From assembly GCA_964535555.1 (NCBI GenBank), contig CAZHUS010000025.1, positions 18,963 through 82,962 on the forward strand: a stretch of DNA of 64,000 nucleotides, read 5' to 3'. How positions within the stretch are numbered: the first letter of the stretch is position 1; every line of letters starts with the position of its first letter. Under the pieces are notes generated by a model, which was given only the letters and a program-made list of their open reading frames with translations, was not told where the DNA came from and made no database searches. The position numbers and the translations under genes were made by a program. This stretch comes from an uncultured Verrucomicrobiota bacterium. Its GTDB lineage: Bacteria; Verrucomicrobiota; Verrucomicrobiia; Limisphaerales; J093. Shown here one piece after another: positions 25,694-35,021 of this stretch.

Positions 25694-28600
25694 ACCTGTG
25701 GAACTCGTTTCCTGAGGCCGGACAGTGGCTGCTGAAGAGCAGTGCCCAGGCGGCGGTGCTGGTGTTGGTCGTGCTGGCCGTGCAGCGGCTCTTTCGAAGG
25801 CATCTGCCAGCGCGTTGGCGTCATGCCCTTTGGTGGCTGGTGGTGATCCGCTTGGTGCTGCCGGCCTCGCCCGCGAGCGTCTTCAGCCTGTTTCACTGGG
25901 CCGGGTGGCGCGCAGCGAAACCGGTTGCAGCTCAATCCAGTTACACGCCCGGCACGCTCAGCGAGGCCCGGTCGCCCCGCCTGGCTTCCCCGGCGCGGTT
26001 CGCACCCGTTCCCGGCCGGGCCGAGGGTGAGCCGGTCGTAGATCCATCGCTCCTGCCTGCCGCAGCGACGCGCCTCGCACCGGCCTCCGTGGTTGTGGCG
26101 GATTCACGTCCGGCGCCGGTTGCGGTGCCTGCCCGCCCCGCGACACGATTGACCTGGCTGTGGTTCCTCGGGGGGCTGTGGCTTGCGGGGGTGGCGGCGC
26201 TCACCGCCAGGCTGGGATTCGCGCTGCGCCAGTTCCGGCGGGCCCTGGCCCGCACGACGCCCCTCGTGGATCCTGTGGCCTTGGGCATCCTCGAGCAGAG
26301 CCGGGCGCTGGCGGGGTTGCGATATCGTCCCGCGGTTTTGGAGACCGACGCCATCTCGACCCCGGCGGTCTATGGCCTGTGGCGGCCGTGCCTGCTGCTG
26401 CCTCCCGGCCTGGTTTCAAGGTTCTCCGCCGCGGAACTGCGCCTCGTGTTCCTGCATGAACTGGCGCATTTGAAGCGGCGCGACCTCGCGGTGAACTGGC
26501 TCACGACCGTCCTGCAAATCCTGCATTGGTTCAATCCGTTGCTCTGGTTCGCGTTCCACCGGATGCGCGCCGACAGCGAGCTCGCCTGTGACGCCGCCGC
26601 GCTGGACGCGGCCGGGGCCGGGGAGCACCGGACCTACGGGGCGGCGATCATCAAGGTCCTCGAAGGCGTGGGCGGACGCTCGCTGCTGCCCGGCGTTGCG
26701 GGAATCGCCGAGGATCGTAACCAGATGCGCAATCGGATCCGGATGATTGCCCTGTTCCGTCCGACGCGGCACCGGGCTTGGGCGGCGGGTCTGGCCGGAG
26801 TTGCCCTGGGGTGGGTTTGCCTGACGGATGCCCCGGCGCCGAAGTCCGAGGCTGGTCCTGCCCCCGGGGCCACGGTGAGATCGGGAAGTTCCACGCCGAC
26901 GCCGGCTGAGTCGGCGGCCGGTGAGTCCAGCCGCGAACTGCGTGTGGGCACCGATCCCACGCCGGCGGTTGAAAGTGCCCCGGCAGGAATTGGTGAGTTG
27001 ACGGTGACCGTCAGGGATGCCGCGGATGGCAAAGCGCTGCCCGGCGCCGAAGTCTTCGCGCCGCACATCGGCAACTGGCAGAAGCCTCAACCGCGCCGCC
27101 GGACGGATGTCGATGGCCGGTACGTGTTGCGGTTCCCGCTCCCACCGGTGGAGGGCCGGCGCGAGATGAGCAGCTTCGGCATCAGCGCCAACCACGTTGA
27201 GTACGCTCAACACGCCGTCATGTGGACCTCCTCCGGGGGCGACGTGTACGCGGGTATGCCCAAGGAAATCACCCTCGTGCTCGAACGCGGTACGACCATT
27301 GGAGGACGCGTCGAGGATGAAGCCGGCGCGCCGGTCGCCGGGGTTCGGGTGTTGCTGTCGGGCTCGGGCTACCATGGGTTCACGATGGGCACGAATGACC
27401 GCCAGACCCACGAGTACGCCGAGATCCAGGCGACCGACCTGACCGCGCCGGCGGCGGTGACCGACGCCGATGGGCGTTGGAGCTATGCTCGGTTCCCCGC
27501 CGCGCTCGATTACGTGGAGCTGACCCTGGTCCGCCCGGATGGTTCCCAGCAGAAGTTCAGCACCAAACCCGAGCACATGAACGTGAACAGCTATCCGCTG
27601 ATACGCATCGAGGAGCTGCGCGCGTCAGCGGCCGTGGCGAAGCTGCCCGAGGGTTTGACGGTGCGCGGTATCGTCGTCGATGAAGCCGGTCAACCCCTGG
27701 CGGGAGCCACCGTCACGGAAGGTTACGGTCACGGCAATATCGTGCGCGTCTCCGAGTTCACCACGGGTGCCGACGGACGCTTCGAACGCCCGCATCGAGT
27801 GCCGCGACAGTGGATCTACACGGCGTCACGCCCCGATCGCGCAACCGTTTCGGTGGTGGCGCAGGTCGAACTGGAAATGGGTGACGTCCGTATCGTTCTG
27901 CCGCCTGCGAAGCCGTTGCGCTTCGTGGTGGTGAACGAACCAGCCACTCCGGTGGCCAACGTGCAACTGAGCATCGACCCGCACCGCACCGAGGGCCAAC
28001 TCCTGGACTGGTCCGGGACCACCGACGCCGATGGAACCGCTACCTGGACCAATGCACCGACGGCGCCGGTCACCTTCTACGCGCTTTCGAAGGACCCGCC
28101 GGTGAGTCGGAAGTTCAAGACGGTCCCTGGCGAACCCGAGCGGCGTGTCGTCCTGAGCGCCGCGGGCGCGGACCAGGTCAAGGTGCGAATGACGGTCCGT
28201 GATGCCGCCAGCCATAACGACGTGAAGGTTTCCCGGGTGACGGCCAATTTCGAGGGGGGCGGAACGCCGTACCGGACCGTCGCCGAGCCTGACGCGGCCG
28301 AGTTCACCGTCCCGTTGAATCGGAGTGATGTTCGCGTGGGGATGTACCCCAGCTACCGGCTTCGGATCGAAGCGGCGGGATACGAGCCCTTGACGACCGA
28401 TTCGTTCGACTTCGACGAAGGCAACCAGGAGCTGCAGCTCACCCTCCAGCGGTCCGGGGGTCCCTCGGAGTGGAAGGTGCTGCTGCCCGATGGCAGCCCG
28501 GCCGCCGGCGCAAAGCTCTGGGTCCAGGCCGGCACGGACCACCAGCCGTTGTTCATCAACGCGCCGGGCCGTTACTACGGCGACCGGCTCGCCCGGGCGC

Positions 28601-29889
28601 AGGCCGACGACAGCGGCCTCGTCAAACCCCCTGCCTCGGCCGCAAGCGTGCCGGTCGTAATCGCCCATCCGCGCGGGTTTCTGGCTTCGACGGCGGGGGA
28701 ATTGCGACGCCGGGCCGAGGTCCGGCTCGAGCCATATGGGTCGGTCCAGGGCCGCCTGCTCGTGGCCGGGAAACCGAAGGGTGGCGTGAACCTCAGTCTC
28801 AGCACGCTCGCCTGGGCGCCATCCATTCCGTTCCACCTCAGCTATACGGCGACGACGGCGAAGGACGGGACTTTCGATTTCTCCGAAGTCCCGGCCGGGG
28901 AGTACAAGTTGTACCGCTGGCAAGTTCCGAAGCGCCAGATGCGGGGCGGTGGATTCGCGATCACGGAAACCTGTCAATGGCCGCTCAAGGTCACCGCGGG
29001 CGACACCACACGGGTGGAATACGCCTTTCGCGGCCGCCCGGTGGTCGGGCAATTGGTCCCCGAGCCGCTGGACGCCGCGGTGGACTGGCAGAACGATGTC
29101 CACGTCCTCGCCCTGAAAGCGCCTGCGGCCGACGCCGTCCTGAAGGTGAACCGCGAAGACTTTGCCAGCTTCGCCGCCTTCCTCAAAGCGCACGAGGCGA
29201 GCTTCGGCTCGGACTCCCGCGTCGCCGAGGCGCGGGCGGCGCGGACATTCCAACTCGCCGTCGAGACGGACGGCACGTTCCGGGTGGAGGACGTGCCTCC
29301 CGGGAACTACGAGCTTCGCGTTCGGGTCACCAAACCCGCCGAGGGCGCTCCGTCGTCACCCTTCCCGCGAGCCGAGGAGGAGATTGGCTCGCTGACGCGG
29401 AAGGTGCAGGTCTCGGCGGGGAGCGAACCGATCGACCTGGGCACCCTCACCGTCGGCATCAAGGGTGAGACCGTCAAGGCGCCGCCGATGGACTTCCTGG
29501 CCGAATCCTTCGAAGGGAGGCCGGTGGGCTTCCGGGAGGTCAAAGGCCCGCGATTGGTCGTGTTTTGGGCGGCCTGGTCCGACCGCAGTCGCGAGGCGCT
29601 CGAGAGTCTGAAGCGGATCGCAGGCGAACCGGGGACCCCATCCGGTGTCACCATCATCGGCGTCAACCTGGACGAAGACCTCGAGAGTGCCCGAACCGTC
29701 GTGCGCGAGGGCGGCTACGGCTGGCTCCAAACCCGGTTGAGCGCCGAGGAGCGCGGGCGGTTGGCCGCGGCCTTTGACGTCACGCAATTGCCGGCGATCT
29801 TCCTCGTCAATGCCCAGGGCCGCATCGTGAATCGCGATCTTGAGGGCGAACGCTTGCGGGCGGCCCTGAACCGAGTGTCGGAGAAATGA
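25690..29889 (+). CDS. BlaR1/MecR1-like M56 signal-transducing metalloprotease with a giant non-canonical extracytoplasmic region
   Basis: The GTG start at 25690 overlaps the blaI-like stop (GTGA). N-terminal TM helices and zinc motif HELAHLKRRD (Peptidase_M56). After a Pro/Ala-rich linker there are at least 8 carboxypeptidase-regulatory-like / Ig-fold units (GRVEDEAGAPVAGVRV, VRGIVVDEAGQPLAGATV, DGTFRVEDVPPGNYELRVRV, and others). The C-terminus is a TlpA-like thioredoxin fold with WSDRS instead of WCxxC. Confidence 0.85.
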   Translation: MNLWNSFPEAGQWLLKSSAQAAVLVLVVLAVQRLFRRHLPARWRHALWWLVVIRLVLPASPASVFSLFHWAGWRAAKPVAAQSSYTPGTLSEARSPRLASPARFAPVPGRAEGEPVVDPSLLPAAATRLAPASVVVADSRPAPVAVPARPATRLTWLWFLGGLWLAGVAALTARLGFALRQFRRALARTTPLVDPVALGILEQSRALAGLRYRPAVLETDAISTPAVYGLWRPCLLLPPGLVSRFSAAELRLVFLHELAHLKRRDLAVNWLTTVLQILHWFNPLLWFAFHRMRADSELACDAAALDAAGAGEHRTYGAAIIKVLEGVGGRSLLPGVAGIAEDRNQMRNRIRMIALFRPTRHRAWAAGLAGVALGWVCLTDAPAPKSEAGPAPGATVRSGSSTPTPAESAAGESSRELRVGTDPTPAVESAPAGIGELTVTVRDAADGKALPGAEVFAPHIGNWQKPQPRRRTDVDGRYVLRFPLPPVEGRREMSSFGISANHVEYAQHAVMWTSSGGDVYAGMPKEITLVLERGTTIGGRVEDEAGAPVAGVRVLLSGSGYHGFTMGTNDRQTHEYAEIQATDLTAPAAVTDADGRWSYARFPAALDYVELTLVRPDGSQQKFSTKPEHMNVNSYPLIRIEELRASAAVAKLPEGLTVRGIVVDEAGQPLAGATVTEGYGHGNIVRVSEFTTGADGRFERPHRVPRQWIYTASRPDRATVSVVAQVELEMGDVRIVLPPAKPLRFVVVNEPATPVANVQLSIDPHRTEGQLLDWSGTTDADGTATWTNAPTAPVTFYALSKDPPVSRKFKTVPGEPERRVVLSAAGADQVKVRMTVRDAASHNDVKVSRVTANFEGGGTPYRTVAEPDAAEFTVPLNRSDVRVGMYPSYRLRIEAAGYEPLTTDSFDFDEGNQELQLTLQRSGGPSEWKVLLPDGSPAAGAKLWVQAGTDHQPLFINAPGRYYGDRLARAQADDSGLVKPPASAASVPVVIAHPRGFLASTAGELRRRAEVRLEPYGSVQGRLLVAGKPKGGVNLSLSTLAWAPSIPFHLSYTATTAKDGTFDFSEVPAGEYKLYRWQVPKRQMRGGGFAITETCQWPLKVTAGDTTRVEYAFRGRPVVGQLVPEPLDAAVDWQNDVHVLALKAPAADAVLKVNREDFASFAAFLKAHEASFGSDSRVAEARAARTFQLAVETDGTFRVEDVPPGNYELRVRVTKPAEGAPSSPFPRAEEEIGSLTRKVQVSAGSEPIDLGTLTVGIKGETVKAPPMDFLAESFEGRPVGFREVKGPRLVVFWAAWSDRSREALESLKRIAGEPGTPSGVTIIGVNLDEDLESARTVVREGGYGWLQTRLSAEERGRLAAAFDVTQLPAIFLVNAQGRIVNRDLEGERLRAALNRVSEK

Positions 29890-29931
29890 ACGAATCGGCG
29901 TATCCACGCGTTGGGAACGGGGGAAACCTCC

Positions 29932-29976
29932 GGTTCATGGCCACGGAGCAGGTCCGAACAGAACCGGCCGCTTCCC
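29932..29976 (-). repeat. Family-1 element, flank module only
   Basis: GGTTCATGGCCACGGAGCAGGTCCGAACAGAACCGGCCGCTTCCC is the reverse complement of the flank module seen at 8911-8955. Confidence 0.75.
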
Positions 29977-30004
29977 ACACACCGCATCCAACCCGATCTG
30001 ACTT

Positions 30005-31333
30005 ATGAAGCACCCCATCGTCATGCTTGTGGCCGCCCTCGTCCCATGGAGCGCGTCGGCGTTGCCGGTCGCCTCGGACCTCCGCCCCGATCTCGTCGGC
30101 CGCGTTGTTCACGCCGATGGCACACCGGTCCCCGATGCCACCGTGTTCGTTTACACCGCCGGTCCGAGGACGGGCACCGCCGTGACGTGTCCTTCGTGCT
30201 ACCCGGATTGTGGCAAGAAGGCCAGGACCGACGCGGCCGGCGCCTTCAAGATCCCGGCCCTCGACCCGAATCTGTTGTTCCGTCTCCTCGTGGTGAGCCC
30301 GGGGCATGAGAGCCTCTACGCGTCCAAGACCGATCCCGCCGCCGGCGAGCAGAAGATCGTCATGGCGCCCATGGACCCCGCGAAGCTGAAGTCGGCCAGC
30401 CGTATTTGTGGGATGATCATCGACTTCGAGGGCAAGGCGGTTCCGGGGGCCACGGTCAGCCCCGAGGGAGTAGCTCGAGGCAGCGGCACCCAATGGGGCG
30501 GGACAGACGCTTTTGTCGACCCGCTGGGGGTTACCGACGAACAGGGCCGGTTCTGGCTCTTCTGCACGAACGGCGTGGATACTGTCCACGCCCTCGTCGA
30601 GGGGCGGGGGTTGGCCAAACGCTGGGTCGATCTCAAGCCGGGTCGCGACCACCTGGTGCGCATGGAGGAAGGGGTGCTCGTTACGGGCACCGTCGAGTCG
30701 GACGGAAAGCCCCTCGCCGACGTGCTGGTCGGGGCGGTCACCGCGGACCGCGCCTGCGGCAACTTCTTTCGTTTCGAGGAACTCGCCACGGACAAAGACG
30801 GCTTCTTCGCCCTGCCGAACGTCCCGGCGGGCCGCGACTTTCTGCTCTACACGACGATGGCCTCGCTCAAGGGACGTGGCGCCGCCCCGGCGAAGGTCAT
30901 CACCACGGGCAAGAACGGCGAAGCCCTCAAGGCCGGCGTGATCGCGGTGAAGCCCGGATATCAGATCGCCGGTCGGGTGGTGCTCTCCGACGGCAAGCCT
31001 GTGCCGGCGGGCACCCGGTTGTTTCTGGGACGCGAGCAGGCATGGGATCACACGGAAACGCTCCTCGGCGACGAGGGGAGGTTCAAGTTCACCGATGTTC
31101 CAGCGGAGTCGGTTTCGCTCAGCGCGCGCGTGAACGGGTACAAATTCTCGAAGCGCAACCCGAGCCTGGACTGGTTGAACGGGGGCATTGTGGGCCGGGT
31201 GGATCGGGACATCGAAGATCTCACGCTCCTGATGGAGCCGGGTGAATGGCGCTACAACGGGGATGAAGGCGAGCCGGCCGGCGGGGATCGACAACCGACC
31301 GGGAAGCCGTTGCGGGGAGCCGGTGTTGACTGA
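30005..31333 (+). CDS. Secreted carboxypeptidase-regulatory-like repeat protein (paralogous to the BlaR1-like C-terminal region)
   Basis: Signal peptide MKHPIVMLVAALVPWSASA. Repeats include GRVVHADGTPVPDATVFV, ICGMIIDFEGKAVPGATV, VTGTVESDGKPLADVLV..DKDGFFALPNVPAGRDF and IAGRVVLSDGKPVPAGT..DEGRFKFTDVPAESV. Cys cluster CPSCYPDC. Confidence 0.75.
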   Translation: MKHPIVMLVAALVPWSASALPVASDLRPDLVGRVVHADGTPVPDATVFVYTAGPRTGTAVTCPSCYPDCGKKARTDAAGAFKIPALDPNLLFRLLVVSPGHESLYASKTDPAAGEQKIVMAPMDPAKLKSASRICGMIIDFEGKAVPGATVSPEGVARGSGTQWGGTDAFVDPLGVTDEQGRFWLFCTNGVDTVHALVEGRGLAKRWVDLKPGRDHLVRMEEGVLVTGTVESDGKPLADVLVGAVTADRACGNFFRFEELATDKDGFFALPNVPAGRDFLLYTTMASLKGRGAAPAKVITTGKNGEALKAGVIAVKPGYQIAGRVVLSDGKPVPAGTRLFLGREQAWDHTETLLGDEGRFKFTDVPAESVSLSARVNGYKFSKRNPSLDWLNGGIVGRVDRDIEDLTLLMEPGEWRYNGDEGEPAGGDRQPTGKPLRGAGVD

Positions 31334-31610
31334 GGCCGATCCGGCGCGCAAGGGACGGCGCGCGCTACCTTGACCCAGGAGCGCGGACTTCAGTCCGCCG
31401 GAAGCCACGACGGTGCAGGGACGTCGCTGCGGGATGAATCCCGCGCTCCTCACCGACCGGGAAGCCGTTGCGGGGAGCCGGTGTTGACTGAGGCCGATCC
31501 GGCGCGCAAGGGACGGCGCGCGCTACCTTGACCCAGGAGCGCGGACTTCAGTCCGCCGGAAGCCACAACGGTGCAGGGACGTCGCTGTGGGATGAATCCC
31601 GCGCTCCTCA
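31295..31610. repeat. Tandem duplication, 2 x 158 bp (31295-31452 and 31453-31610)
   Basis: The two units are identical by direct reading except at 31409/31567 (G/A) and 31430/31588 (C/T). Each contains the last 12 codons plus stop of the 30005..31333 CDS and a family-1 core. Confidence 0.9.
31377..31450 (-). repeat. Family-1 element core (copy inside duplication unit 1)
   Basis: AGGAGCGCGGACTTCAGTCCGCCGGAAGCCAC..GGTGCAGGGACGTCGCTG.GGGATGAATCCCGCGCTCCT. Confidence 0.8.
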
Positions 31611-31656
31611 CCGGTTCGTGGCCACAGAGCAGGTCCAAACGGAACAGGTCGCTTCC
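31535..31656 (-). repeat. Family-1 element, core + flank module (copy inside and after duplication unit 2)
   Basis: Same core as 31377-31450, followed by CACCGGTTCGTGGCCACAGAGCAGGTCCAAACGGAACAGGTCGCTTCC (the flank module). Confidence 0.8.
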
Positions 31657-31785
31657 TGCGAACCACCGGGATACCTGGCGCGTGGTCCGCTGCCCGCCGG
31701 CCTTGGCGAGGACTCCATCTGACTGCTTCGTTTCCGCAGGCGGCTCGGAGCCGTCTCGCCGCACCGACGTCCCACGGACGAGCTG

Positions 31786-33066
31786 CTACTCGTACCGCAG
31801 CGACTCGATGGGATCCAGGTTCGCGGCCTTGTAGGCGGGATACGTGCCAAAAACGATCCCCACCACGGAGCAGATCAGCAGCGCGAAGATGACCCAGTCG
31901 ACGGGGATGAGCGGCGGCACCTCGAAGTAGTAGGCGGCGAAGTTGCCGCCCGCCAGCCCCAGGAGCACCCCAATCACCCCGCCCACTTCGCACAGGACGA
32001 TGGCCTCCATGATGAACTGCGTCATGATATTCCGTTTCTTGGCCCCGATGGCGCGCCGGATGCCGATCTCGCGCGTCCGCTCCGTCACCGACACCAGCAT
32101 GATGTTCATGATGCCGATGCCGGCCGCCAGCAACGCAATCGAGCTGATCACCGTCACCACCACCCGCACGGTGAGGGTGAACTGCTTGAACTGGTCGATG
32201 AGCGAGTCGTTCGAAAAGACCTCGAAGTCGTCCTCGGCTCCCGGAGGCACCTTGCGCACCGCCCGGAGGATTCCGCGAACCTGCTCGACGGTGTCGTCGT
32301 ACGCCGGCTGGCTCGGGGCCTGCACCAGGATGTCCAGGCTCGTCCAGATCCGGCCGTACCGGTTCAGCCCCGTGGTGAGCGGAATCACGATGAAGTTGTC
32401 CTGTTGCCCACCCAGGGCGGCGCCCTTGGACTCGAGGACCCCAACCACCGTGTAACCGATCCCGTCCACGCGAACGCGTTCACCCAGGGCGGACCCAAAG
32501 GGGAACAGCAGTTCTGCCAGTTTGCCGCCAAGCACGGCCACGTCCTTGGTGCTGTCAATGTCCGCCTCGATCAGCGAGCGGCCTTGATCGACCACCCAGT
32601 TCCGGGCGGCAAATCCTCCCGGGGTCGTCCCGATGAGGTTCACGTTGGGGGGCGTCTTGTCGTAGCGCGAGCTGACCTCGCCGCTCCACAGGAATCGCTG
32701 CAGCCCCACGGTCTGGGCCAGCGTCGCGCGTTCCATCACGGCGCGGCCGTGGGCCATGGAAATGTTCTTCCGTCGTGCGTATTTCTCCCAGTCGCCGATA
32801 TCGCCAAAGACGACCCCCGGCCACTTGCGGACCTGGAACGTGTTCACCCCGAGCTGACTCAGCTCCGCCTCGACATTGCGTTGGAGGAGTCGCAGCGCGG
32901 TCATCACCACCACGATGGAAAAGACGCCGATCAACACCCCCAGCAGGGTGAGCGCCGAGCGAAGTTTGTGCGCGGAGATGGCGTTCATCGCCATCCGGAA
33001 GCTCTCCACGAATTCCGCCCAGAGGAGCGTGAGGGTGCCGCGGCGACGTCGAAGGGCGGGATTCAT
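31786..33066 (-). CDS. ABC transporter permease, MacB/FtsX type (stand-alone permease 2)
   Basis: N-terminal TM helix, large periplasmic MacB_PCD-like domain, C-terminal FtsX 3-TM bundle. ERTREIGIRRAIGAKKRNI motif. Confidence 0.9.
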   Translation of the reverse strand: MNPALRRRRGTLTLLWAEFVESFRMAMNAISAHKLRSALTLLGVLIGVFSIVVVMTALRLLQRNVEAELSQLGVNTFQVRKWPGVVFGDIGDWEKYARRKNISMAHGRAVMERATLAQTVGLQRFLWSGEVSSRYDKTPPNVNLIGTTPGGFAARNWVVDQGRSLIEADIDSTKDVAVLGGKLAELLFPFGSALGERVRVDGIGYTVVGVLESKGAALGGQQDNFIVIPLTTGLNRYGRIWTSLDILVQAPSQPAYDDTVEQVRGILRAVRKVPPGAEDDFEVFSNDSLIDQFKQFTLTVRVVVTVISSIALLAAGIGIMNIMLVSVTERTREIGIRRAIGAKKRNIMTQFIMEAIVLCEVGGVIGVLLGLAGGNFAAYYFEVPPLIPVDWVIFALLICSVVGIVFGTYPAYKAANLDPIESLRYE

Positions 33067-33072
33067 GGACGG

Positions 33073-34302
33073 TCACTCGCTGCGGAGGGCGTCGACAGGG
33101 TTGAGCCGCGCGGCGCGCCACGCCGGCAAGAAACCAGCCAGGATTCCCGTGAGCGCGGACACGAGGAGCGCCAGGCCGGCCACGGAGAACGACATCGACG
33201 CGGGGAGCACTTTGGCCAGCAGGAGCGTTGCCGGCCAGGCAATGCCCAGTCCGATCAGGCCCCCGAGCAGGCAAATCATGGCCGCCTCCGCCAGGAACTG
33301 GGTGAGGATGGTGCGTCGCTTCGCCCCGATGGCCTTGCGAATCCCGATCTCCTTCGTCCGCTCCGCCACCGAGACGAACATGATGTTCATGATGCCAATG
33401 CCGCCGACGAACAGCGAAAGCCCGGTGATGAACAGGCCGCCGGCGGCGATCACGCCCGCCACCCGGTTGAACGTCTGGAGAAACTGGTCCTGCTCGTTGA
33501 TGGCGAAGTCGTCGTCCTCGCCGGGGGCCACGTGACGGACCCGCCGCATCGCCCCGCGAACCTCTTCGCGAACATCGTCCAGCCGGTCGACATCCCCGGC
33601 CTTGACCTGGATCGTGACGTCCGGGAAGCGCCAGAACAACTCCGTGAACTGGCTGATCGGGATCACCACCTGGTTGTCCAGGCTGAAGGCGCCCATGAAC
33701 TCGCCCTGACGCTCCAGCACGCCGATCACCTCGAAGGGGAACCCGGCGATGTGAACGCGTTCGCCTAGGGGGGAACCGCGGGGGAAGAGATTCGTCGCGG
33801 TTTGCGATCCGAGCACGCAGATGGGGCGGCCCCCCTGGGCCTCGGCGGCCGAAAGAAAGCGACCCTCTGCCACGGTGATCCCGCCCGTCAGCAGAAAGGC
33901 GTCCGTGGTCCCGATGATGCGCACGCCGCTGGCGCTGCGGTTGCCGCGTTTCACCGTGCCGCCGGTGCCCACGATGGGCGCCATTGCCTGGGCGAGCGTG
34001 ACTTGACGTTCCACTTCTCGGAATTGCGACAGGTCCACCTCCCGGCGACGGCTCTGGCGCAACCATTCGGCGTGGGAGTTGATGAACCAGTCATAGCGTT
34101 CCACGTAGAGAACGTCGGTGCCGAGCATCGACACGCTCTGGCTGAAACTCCGCTTGAGACCCTGGATCGCCGTCGCCATCAAGGTCACCGTGACGATGCC
34201 GATGACGATGCCCAGGGTGGTGAGCGCCGCGCGCATCTTGTTCGCGCGAACCGCATCCCCCGCAATGCGCAGACATTCGGCGACTTCGCTGAGCAGACGC
34301 AT
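33073..34302 (-). CDS. ABC transporter permease, MacB/FtsX type (stand-alone permease 1)
   Basis: Same architecture as the neighbouring permease, with ERTKEIGIRKAIGAKRRTI motif. It ends 6 nt from the next gene. Confidence 0.9.
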   Translation of the reverse strand: MRLLSEVAECLRIAGDAVRANKMRAALTTLGIVIGIVTVTLMATAIQGLKRSFSQSVSMLGTDVLYVERYDWFINSHAEWLRQSRRREVDLSQFREVERQVTLAQAMAPIVGTGGTVKRGNRSASGVRIIGTTDAFLLTGGITVAEGRFLSAAEAQGGRPICVLGSQTATNLFPRGSPLGERVHIAGFPFEVIGVLERQGEFMGAFSLDNQVVIPISQFTELFWRFPDVTIQVKAGDVDRLDDVREEVRGAMRRVRHVAPGEDDDFAINEQDQFLQTFNRVAGVIAAGGLFITGLSLFVGGIGIMNIMFVSVAERTKEIGIRKAIGAKRRTILTQFLAEAAMICLLGGLIGLGIAWPATLLLAKVLPASMSFSVAGLALLVSALTGILAGFLPAWRAARLNPVDALRSE

Positions 34303-34315
34303 GGCGCAAGGAGGA

Positions 34316-35020
34316 TCAGGCGGAGACGACGGACCGTTCGCGCACCCGTTCGTCGCTGGCGATCAAGCCGTCCCGGATGCGCAGGATGCGTCGGGCGTGT
34401 CGCGCCACGTCCTCCTCGTGCGTGACCACGATGATGGTGTTCCCGCGGTCGGCGAGTTGTTCGAACAACGCCATGATCTCCGCGCCGGTCTTCGAGTCGA
34501 GGTTCCCGGTCGGCTCGTCCGCCAGCAGGATCGAAGGCCGGTTCACCAGCGCTCGAGCGATCGCCACGCGCTGCCGCTGGCCTCCGGACATCTCGTTCGG
34601 TTTGTGCGTCATGCGATCGCCCAAACCCACGTTGGTCAGGGCCTCGGTCGCGATCTCCCGCCGTTCGTGCGCCGGCACGCCGGAATAGATCAGAGGCAGT
34701 TCCACGTTGTGCAGGGCGTTCGCACGCGGGAGCAGGTTGAAGGTCTGGAACACGAACCCGATCTCCTTGTTGCGCACCTCGGCGAGTTCGTTGTCGTCCA
34801 TCTCGCTCACGTTCGTGCCGTTGAGCTCGTACGTGCCGGAGGTCGGGGTATCCAGGCAACCGATCAGGTTCATCAAGGTCGACTTGCCCGAGCCGGAGGG
34901 ACCCATGATGGCCAGGTACTCGCTGCGTTCGACGCCGACGCTCACTTCGCGCAGGGCGTGAATGGTCTCGCTGCCCATCTGGTAGCGCCGCGAGATCTTG
35001 TCCAGGCGGATCAGGCTCAT
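34316..35020 (-). CDS. ABC transporter ATP-binding protein (MacB/LolD-type nucleotide-binding domain, stand-alone)
   Basis: ATG at 35020 ([13 protein letters not shown]). Walker [10 protein letters not shown], signature [15 protein letters not shown], Walker [13 protein letters not shown]. Confidence 0.92.
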   Translation of the reverse strand: MSLIRLDKISRRYQMGSETIHALREVSVGVERSEYLAIMGPSGSGKSTLMNLIGCLDTPTSGTYELNGTNVSEMDDNELAEVRNKEIGFVFQTFNLLPRANALHNVELPLIYSGVPAHERREIATEALTNVGLGDRMTHKPNEMSGGQRQRVAIARALVNRPSILLADEPTGNLDSKTGAEIMALFEQLADRGNTIIVVTHEEDVARHARRILRIRDGLIASDERVRERSVVSA

Positions 35021-35021
35021 G

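Noticed and set aside
29807-31764. ORFs 29807..31453 (-) and 31450..31764 (-) starting with MRSAGFIPQRRPC... / containing ...GHEPVRSAGFIPQRRPCTVVASGGLKSALLG
   Set aside because: Their conserved parts are simply the repeat element and the tandem duplication read in one frame. The first is also antisense to the 30005..31333 gene.
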